This document shows, piece after piece, positions 42,749 to 48,124 of a DNA stretch of 48,124 bases. The position numbers and the translations under genes are program-made. Source of the DNA: a virus (Duplodnaviria > Caudoviricetes); IMG/VR virus record IMGVR_UViG_3300032373_001152, positions 1 to 48,124 of that record; one strand, given 5' to 3'. The notes under the pieces are model-generated. The model did not search any database and was not told where the DNA came from. It worked only from the letters and a program-made list of their open reading frames with translations. How positions within the stretch are numbered: position 1 is the first letter of the stretch; the number at the start of each line of letters is the position of its first letter.

Positions 42749-44836
42749 TCAGGCTCGGTTTTTGAAGCTCTCTTCCATTCGACGCCGCGATTTGTATTCG
42801 GCGGTCGCCTGATACCTTTCCAGCCACATGCGTTCATCGGGATCGGTAACCGCTGACCCGTCTTCCAGATCGCGAGCCCGCGCGTATCGCGATTCCGGCG
42901 TGTTTTCAGGGTCCGGCACGCGGTGATCGTCCAGCCGTTCGATGACGCGCTGGTGGGCCGATGCTTGCTGTTCGCTTAACGCGGCGGCCTTGACGGCTGG
43001 GCGCGTCATTAACGGATCGTCGTTGGATGCCATTCGGACCACCTTGCTCGTCGCCGGCGGCAGGTTTTGAGGGGTCGGAAGTTGGGCCGCGATGTCGTGG
43101 CCGGTCAGGGTGCGGTGTTGGTCGAGCAATGCCTTGGTGCCCTTCATGAAGGCCTTGCGGGTGCGGCCGTGATCGCGGGCAGCGGCGGCATCGCTGAAGC
43201 CAGCGGCATCTATGACCTCGGCAAAGCCCAGGTAGCTTCCGTCAAGGCGATAGACGTGAAGGCCCGAATGCAGGTGGTCTGGATCGAACCTAACCACCAA
43301 TTTTTGGCCCATGTGGCCGTGCAGGAAATCGGCCCAGTAGCGGTTGCCCATCAGCTTTATGGCGCCGTCGCGGCGCGCCGCCATAACGCCTTCGGCGGCA
43401 AGCAGCCACAAGCGGCGCTGTTCGTCGGTGGCTTTTTTGATCGGCGCTTGGGCGTAGGATTCCGCGAATGTCTGAGCGAAAGATCGGCCATGGCAGACGG
43501 CGGCGCGGCGGCCGACACGCTGATTATGCTCGGCAATGCCTTCGCCGACGATACGGATGAAGTCGTCGATCGGCACGGCCTTGGCGCCGTAATTTTCGGG
43601 CTTGTTCAGCGGCGTGTTGCCGGTCCAGGCGCCGGCGAACGCCGGGTGTTTTGCGATGTCGTTGCAGAAGTCCTTAAAGGCCCTTTCAATGGGCTTCGAT
43701 TGGCCTGAGTAGGGCAGGGTCCAGTGGACCTCGACACCCAGCTGAGTCAGGATGCCGACCGGCTCTTCTTCCTTGATCTTGAAGCGGAAGCGGTTGGCGA
43801 TGCCGCCGGTCAGCCATTTGGCGGCGAAGCCGCGGCCGTTATCCAGATAAATATGGCCGGGGATGCCGTAGTCTTCGACCACGTCGCCGATGGTCAGCCG
43901 CACGGCCTCCTTGTTTTCCGATTTGTCGATGCGCCAGCCCAGGAACAGGCCGGAATAAAGATCCTGAACGGCGACCATCATCGGCCGCATGGGCTTGTCT
44001 TCATCGGGCCACTGCACCCAGACATCCCACTTATGGCCATCGGCGTTGACCGCTTCCAGCGCGTGGAAGCCTGAGCGATCACGCTCTTGCGCCGGGTACA
44101 TGGCTTTCAATGCATCGACGCCGCGCCGCGCCAAAACCCGCACGGGGACTGCGATTTCGCGTTCAATGCGGCGTTCCAGAGACCGCGACGACGGTACGGA
44201 CCAGCCATGGGCCAGGGCGGCGCTCTCCAGCCTGCGATAACAACTCTCAAACGTCGGCCTTTCGGCGCGCAGGTAATCTGACTTGACCAGTTCCCAGGCG
44301 TCGGGCGAACAGTCGGCCGTTTTGGTGCGGCCCGCGTGACGCGGCGCCAAGGCCGGCAACCAGTCGGCCCGCTGCACGCCGGCGACCAGGTTGAACCAGT
44401 TATAGATGGTGCTCGGCGTTACGTCGTATTGATGCGCGACGGTTGAAATCGCCAGGTTCTTTTTCAGGCCGCCGCGCTGCAATACGTGGACGGCCTCAAG
44501 GACCTCGAGGCGAGCCTGTGTTTTTGATTTGCGCGCGTCGGTCAGGCTTTCGTAAAAGGCCCACAGATCGGCTGTCGATTGATCATCTTTGATCGCCGCC
44601 TGTTTGGCCTTTTTGGGCGCAAGGCCGATCATGATTCTGGCCTGGGCTTCGGCGGGTAGAAGGCTGTAATGGTAAATCCACCCTGCACCTTTTCGTTTAG
44701 CCAATGGGTTCCCCGCGCGATTGCGACGCAGCCTCCAATTTTGCTCAACAGCCAAATTATTCCAGGCCCGTTTTGATGTGCGATTTGGATCCACATTCAT
44801 ATCGGCCAATTCTTGTGCGGTGAACCATTCGCTCAT
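42749..44836 (-). CDS. MuA-like DDE transposase
   Basis: N-terminal WFTAQELA HTH; NADGH (D), YLDNG (D), KPIERAF (E); VVRFDP C-terminal domain. Confidence 0.96.
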   Translation of the reverse strand: MSEWFTAQELADMNVDPNRTSKRAWNNLAVEQNWRLRRNRAGNPLAKRKGAGWIYHYSLLPAEAQARIMIGLAPKKAKQAAIKDDQSTADLWAFYESLTDARKSKTQARLEVLEAVHVLQRGGLKKNLAISTVAHQYDVTPSTIYNWFNLVAGVQRADWLPALAPRHAGRTKTADCSPDAWELVKSDYLRAERPTFESCYRRLESAALAHGWSVPSSRSLERRIEREIAVPVRVLARRGVDALKAMYPAQERDRSGFHALEAVNADGHKWDVWVQWPDEDKPMRPMMVAVQDLYSGLFLGWRIDKSENKEAVRLTIGDVVEDYGIPGHIYLDNGRGFAAKWLTGGIANRFRFKIKEEEPVGILTQLGVEVHWTLPYSGQSKPIERAFKDFCNDIAKHPAFAGAWTGNTPLNKPENYGAKAVPIDDFIRIVGEGIAEHNQRVGRRAAVCHGRSFAQTFAESYAQAPIKKATDEQRRLWLLAAEGVMAARRDGAIKLMGNRYWADFLHGHMGQKLVVRFDPDHLHSGLHVYRLDGSYLGFAEVIDAAGFSDAAAARDHGRTRKAFMKGTKALLDQHRTLTGHDIAAQLPTPQNLPPATSKVVRMASNDDPLMTRPAVKAAALSEQQASAHQRVIERLDDHRVPDPENTPESRYARARDLEDGSAVTDPDERMWLERYQATAEYKSRRRMEESFKNRA

Positions 44837-45294
44837 GATCCGCCGCCTTTCCATTCGCGGCGAAATTTCGTCTTCTTTTTCTGCAGGGTTTCTATCTGAT
44901 CGGTAGTGATCGCCTCGTTGACAGCGCTTATGTATTTCTCCGGGATCACCGCATGACCGAACAAATCGGGCAGCAGCGATAACAACCGCATGTCGCCGGT
45001 CGCGTGCACGAATGCCGCGAACCGTGGCAGGTTGATGGTGTGGGCCTCTTTGGCTTGCGACACATACGCATCGATCATGGTTTTCGAGACGGTCTCGCCA
45101 AGGTAAGCGCTCATGATTTCAGCGATTTCGTCGCGGCTGAGTTGACAGTCTTCCAGAGCCATTTTCAGGGCACGGCAAACCTGAGAAGAAATATCGGCGC
45201 CCTTGATTTTTGTGGGCGGAAACGATGCATTGACAGCGGGCGGCGCCCAATCCGTAAAAAGGTCCATGGTTCCGGGCGTCTTTTTAGCCGCCAT
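44833..45294 (-). CDS. Conserved Mu-like phage regulatory protein
   Basis: SRDEIAEIMSAYLGETVSKTMIDAY; translationally coupled to MuA. Confidence 0.7.
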   Translation of the reverse strand: MAAKKTPGTMDLFTDWAPPAVNASFPPTKIKGADISSQVCRALKMALEDCQLSRDEIAEIMSAYLGETVSKTMIDAYVSQAKEAHTINLPRFAAFVHATGDMRLLSLLPDLFGHAVIPEKYISAVNEAITTDQIETLQKKKTKFRREWKGGGS

Positions 45295-46124
45295 TATTCG
45301 GCCCCGATCAAGCCGCTGGCGGAAAGATGGTCGAGGAAGCGGCGGCGCGCTTTCGGGTTATCGTTGCGGTTCCAGGTATCCAGCAGCTTGCGAAGTTGGG
45401 TTTCCTCGGGCGATATGTCGGCCGGATCGGCGTGGCCTTGGATGACCTTGACGGCTTGTGCGACGGTCTTGGGGCTGGCTTCTTCGGGATCCAACAGCGC
45501 CTTGCCGACCCGCACTTGTAGGTCTGGCTCCAACCGTGAGAGTGCGTCCAGTTCCTTTTGATTGTCCTCGTAATCCGTGCCGCGCAGGGTATTGGCGGCT
45601 TCGCGGCTGAGGCGTTCGCCGATGGCCGTGGAACGCTCAATCGTCCTAAGTCCCATTTTTGACCGCACGGCGACCGTGCGGTACCAATCCGCCAACATGG
45701 CGACTTGCTCTTTGGTCCGGTCACCGCCATGTTTTGCTTCGGGGTTCAGTTCCTGAAAAACCCGCCTCAACGCCGCCAGGAATTGAGCGCGTTCCAGTTT
45801 TGATAATTCGCTACGCTCGAGATTTTCCAGCAACTCGTCGCGACGAAGTTCCAACTCGCTGCCTTCTAATATCACAGTTGCGATGGTCTCTATGCCAAGC
45901 AGCCTGTGCGCCGCTAACCGGTGTCCGCCGGTCACTAGGCGATATTTCTTTCCACGTATCTGCCCAGCGACTTCGATAGGTTGGCGCAGGCCGCGTTCGT
46001 TGATGCTTTCGGCCAGTCGTGAAACGACTTCTTCGTTGATTGGTCGCACCCGGTTACCGTCATCAATATCGGCGATGTTTAGAAAAGCGATCTTCATGTC
46101 AGGCGACCCTTTCATTTTTGACAT
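45294..46124 (-). CDS. ParB N-terminal domain protein
   Basis: LAESINERGLRQPIEV, LVTGGHRLAA, ENLER. Confidence 0.88.
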   Translation of the reverse strand: MSKMKGSPDMKIAFLNIADIDDGNRVRPINEEVVSRLAESINERGLRQPIEVAGQIRGKKYRLVTGGHRLAAHRLLGIETIATVILEGSELELRRDELLENLERSELSKLERAQFLAALRRVFQELNPEAKHGGDRTKEQVAMLADWYRTVAVRSKMGLRTIERSTAIGERLSREAANTLRGTDYEDNQKELDALSRLEPDLQVRVGKALLDPEEASPKTVAQAVKVIQGHADPADISPEETQLRKLLDTWNRNDNPKARRRFLDHLSASGLIGAE

Positions 46125-46401
46125 GTGCGACCGTCGTTACCCTGCTATTATTTTTTAACCAGATGGACGGCCGCATGGGCTTGCCACTGGCGATGTAGTA
46201 GCGGGTTGGCCAAATAACCTCGGGCGTCGTGTCCAGGGCTTTGGCGATGGAGTGCTGCACCCTTGCGTTGGGCATACGCTTGACCTTGGTGACGGCGGCT
46301 CCGCTGATGCCGAGTTGAAGGGCGATTGCCGCAAGGCAGGAACCGCGCTTCTCTAGGCCTGCTTTTACGTCGCTCCAGTGAATGTCTTTGCGTCTTGCCA
46401 T
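46099..46401 (-). CDS. ner: Ner/Nlp-like DNA-binding protein
   Basis: HWSDVKAGLEKRG..LAAIA, IAKALDTTPEVIWPTRY; divergent from the repressor. Confidence 0.88.
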   Translation of the reverse strand: MARRKDIHWSDVKAGLEKRGSCLAAIALQLGISGAAVTKVKRMPNARVQHSIAKALDTTPEVIWPTRYYIASGKPMRPSIWLKNNSRVTTVAHVKNERVA

Positions 46402-46466
46402 CAGGTCTCTCAGAAGCGGTTAGTGCCGCTTTTTTGGGGTGCGATTCAGTTAACTTACAAACCAGT

Positions 46467-46488
46467 ATTGCGGAAAAAATTCCGCAAT
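46467..46488. promoter_or_regulatory. Palindromic operator in the ner/repressor switch
   Basis: ATTGCGGAA-AAAA-TTCCGCAAT; further TGCGGAA half-site at ~46524. Confidence 0.6.
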
Positions 46489-46572
46489 GTCCATAGAAAT
46501 AATACCGTTCCCAGTCAAAAAAGTGCGGAATTTATATCTTAATATAGAAAAATACAGGCAATTCAGAAGCTT

Positions 46573-46986
46573 ATGGCGAGAGCAGGCACAAAAAAAACAG
46601 CAGGAACGACGGTTCCCGGTTACCAAGTTGAACTGGGAAGCAGAATTAGTTCTGTAATAGAAAGAATTGGTACATTGGCTGAAGCTGGTCGGATTGCAGG
46701 CGTAACCTATGAGCAAATTTCAGCTTGGCGGGATGGCCGATCAAAAATGTCGTTCCACGGCGCAACTAAGCTCTGTCAAGCAGTAGGGGTAAGTCTGGAT
46801 TGGCTTGCTACAGGTGAGGGTAGCGAAGAGCCTTCAAACAAGGCCGTCTTGTTTGACAAGGAACACCTCATCGCCGCTATTCAATCCGTCGAGGAGCTGG
46901 AGGAAAGTCGCAACCTGAAATTCACCCCGGATAAAAAAACTGAATTGATATTAATAACTTACGAGGCCATAATCGACGAAGAGTAG
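46573..46986 (+). CDS. Prophage repressor (XRE HTH, no S24 peptidase domain)
   Basis: AGRIAGVTYEQISAWRDGRS...GVSLDWLATGEG; divergent from ner. Confidence 0.85.
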   Translation: MARAGTKKTAGTTVPGYQVELGSRISSVIERIGTLAEAGRIAGVTYEQISAWRDGRSKMSFHGATKLCQAVGVSLDWLATGEGSEEPSNKAVLFDKEHLIAAIQSVEELEESRNLKFTPDKKTELILITYEAIIDEE

Positions 46987-47009
46987 TAATATCAGGGGTT
47001 GCCGCCAGC

Positions 47010-47288
47010 ATGAAGAAGCCCATCGAAAAGGCGCGTCGTTTTCTCCACGAAGCCGCAGGCCATAACGACAACATAGCAACAACACAGCTGCCGCAGATTA
47101 CGTTCAACGGCCCAGTCACTATCGTTCTTGGTGATATTCTCGCAGAAGCCACTTCGGCCGTAGCCAATCACCATAATGATCGGGCCGCGGGAAACCATAA
47201 CAGCAAAGTACCGCCGTACCTCACACACCGCAGAGCTATTCTCGCGGCACTTCCGCCGTTCAAGCTCGAACAGCCCTATAGGCATTGA
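47010..47288 (+). CDS. Hypothetical protein downstream of the repressor
   Basis: Co-oriented ORF with a GGGG RBS-like sequence. Confidence 0.45.
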   Translation: MKKPIEKARRFLHEAAGHNDNIATTQLPQITFNGPVTIVLGDILAEATSAVANHHNDRAAGNHNSKVPPYLTHRRAILAALPPFKLEQPYRH

Positions 47289-47680
47289 TATTCAAGATTA
47301 TGGAAAACACTAAATGTCATGGCGCACAGTTAAAATTTCTCGACGAAAGAATGCGGCATAAAAGGCAGCGGATAGAAGCAGCCGTTCGCCTGGAAGAACG
47401 CCGCCCATATTTACGGTATGTTGCTGTTGAAGATGCCCGTACAAGTGCAGAACATATGGCGTTCCACAGTATTGTTCTTCCTTTGACCCATCCATTCTGG
47501 AATCGGCATTTGCCACCTTTTGAAGAGGAATGCCGCTGCATGACGATGACGCTGTCTGCTCGTGACATGGTGCGATTTGGATACGCCATGACCACTTCTC
47601 TTCCGGAAGGATTAGTCACCGCTGATGACGAAAAGGAGTGGCCTCTTAAACTCCAAAAACTCAGGCTTACGGGACTCTAA
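47285..47680 (+). CDS. Stand-alone MuF-core-domain protein
   Basis: RRPYLRYVAVEDARTSAEH..HSIVLP..HPFW..HLPP..ECRC aligns by eye with the MuF at 28898-30169. Confidence 0.75.
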   Translation: MIFKIMENTKCHGAQLKFLDERMRHKRQRIEAAVRLEERRPYLRYVAVEDARTSAEHMAFHSIVLPLTHPFWNRHLPPFEEECRCMTMTLSARDMVRFGYAMTTSLPEGLVTADDEKEWPLKLQKLRLTGL

Positions 47681-47785
47681 ATTCAAGTGACAAAATCTCC
47701 GAAAAGGCGTCCGACTCCAAAAACAAAAAAGCCGGCGCGATTTTTTTTAACAATGCTCATGTGACAGGCTGTTTTCCTAGCATTG

Positions 47786-47849
47786 TCCCACACAATCCCG
47801 CCTAGTCCCGCCATATCCCGGTTACTCTAATATCAAGTGTCCCCTAACA
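47786..47849. repeat. Prophage c-end with 10-bp phased TCCC repeats and terminal ACA
   Basis: TCCC at 47786, 47796, 47806, 47816; terminal CAAGTGTCCCCTAACA. Confidence 0.65.
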
Positions 47850-47854
47850 AGCCC
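47850..47854 (+). repeat. 5-bp target-site duplication AGCCC, right
   Basis: Directly follows ACA; identical to 9085-9089. Confidence 0.88.
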
Positions 47855-48074
47855 TTCAGCCCACCCATTTCTGTCGGAATCCAGCACGGCAATTGCACCT
47901 TCTTGGAAGTCTGGTGCGAGGTGGGCATAGCGCTGGACCATCTCCAGCGATTTATGCCCGGTCAGGTGCATCACGTTGTAAAGCGGCACGCCGCCTTGCA
48001 CGAGGCGTGATGCGAAAGTATGGCGCAGATCGTGAAAACGCAGGTCTTCAATCCCCGACTTTTCGCGTGCCGTA
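47850..48074 (-). pseudogene. int: Fragment of a second integrase; 3' end displaced to 9024-9089 by the prophage; homology lost upstream of 48074
   Basis: [32 protein letters not shown]...RYAHL is almost identical to int1; 68-bp identity between 47928-47995 and 152-219. Confidence 0.88.
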
Positions 48075-48124
48075 GGGTCGCTGGCAAAGGCTTCCGTGTC
48101 CACGATAACGGGACAAAACCGCAT

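Larger units (their letters stand above)
9090..47849 (-). mobile_element. Mu-like transposable prophage (contractile tail), apparently complete, 38,760 bp
   Basis: Ends TGTAGCGCGACAGTTG and (reverse complement) TGTTAGGGGACACTTG; 5-bp TSD; MuA, MuB, Ner, Gam, GemA, Mor and gp27-gp49 equivalents in Mu order. Confidence 0.96.

Noticed and set aside
11443-46158. Numerous long + strand ORFs opposite phage genes (e.g. 17319-18371, 25857-26882, 30912-31820)
   Set aside because: Antisense shadows of GC-rich genes with clear minus-strand identities
47822-48124. Intact 100-aa integrase ORF
   Set aside because: Chimeric: the N-terminal residues are unrelated to integrase and the last residues (VRGHLILE) come from the prophage end

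Overview
The window has three nested parts. (1) 1-9062 is a ~9-kb tyrosine-integrase island at a tRNA-Thr(CGT) site. It has a 39-bp att direct repeat, arm-type repeats and a duplicated tRNA 3' half. It carries int/xis, a ~1-kb non-coding palindrome-dense tract and an AT-richer cargo: a small ACP-like protein, an XRE HTH, an ImmA/IrrE metallopeptidase fused to a chagasin-like (I42) domain, a papain-like C1 peptidase, two divergent thymidylate-synthase-fold enzymes, an aGPT-Pplase1-type DNA-hypermodification protein and a class III nucleotidyl-cyclase-like protein. This cargo is the best candidate for an undescribed defence or DNA-modification system. (2) 9090-47849 is an apparently complete 38.8-kb Mu-like transposable myovirus prophage with TGT...ACA ends and a 5-bp AGCCC target duplication. 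It is mostly on the minus strand and runs repressor/ner/ParB/MuA/MuB, early genes, lysis, head, contractile tail, a D12 adenine methylase and terminal morons. (3) The prophage sits inside the 3' end of a second, closely related integrase gene belonging to a tandem island at the same tRNA site; a remnant lies at 47850-48074. All family calls come from motif recognition by eye, and no database searches were run.
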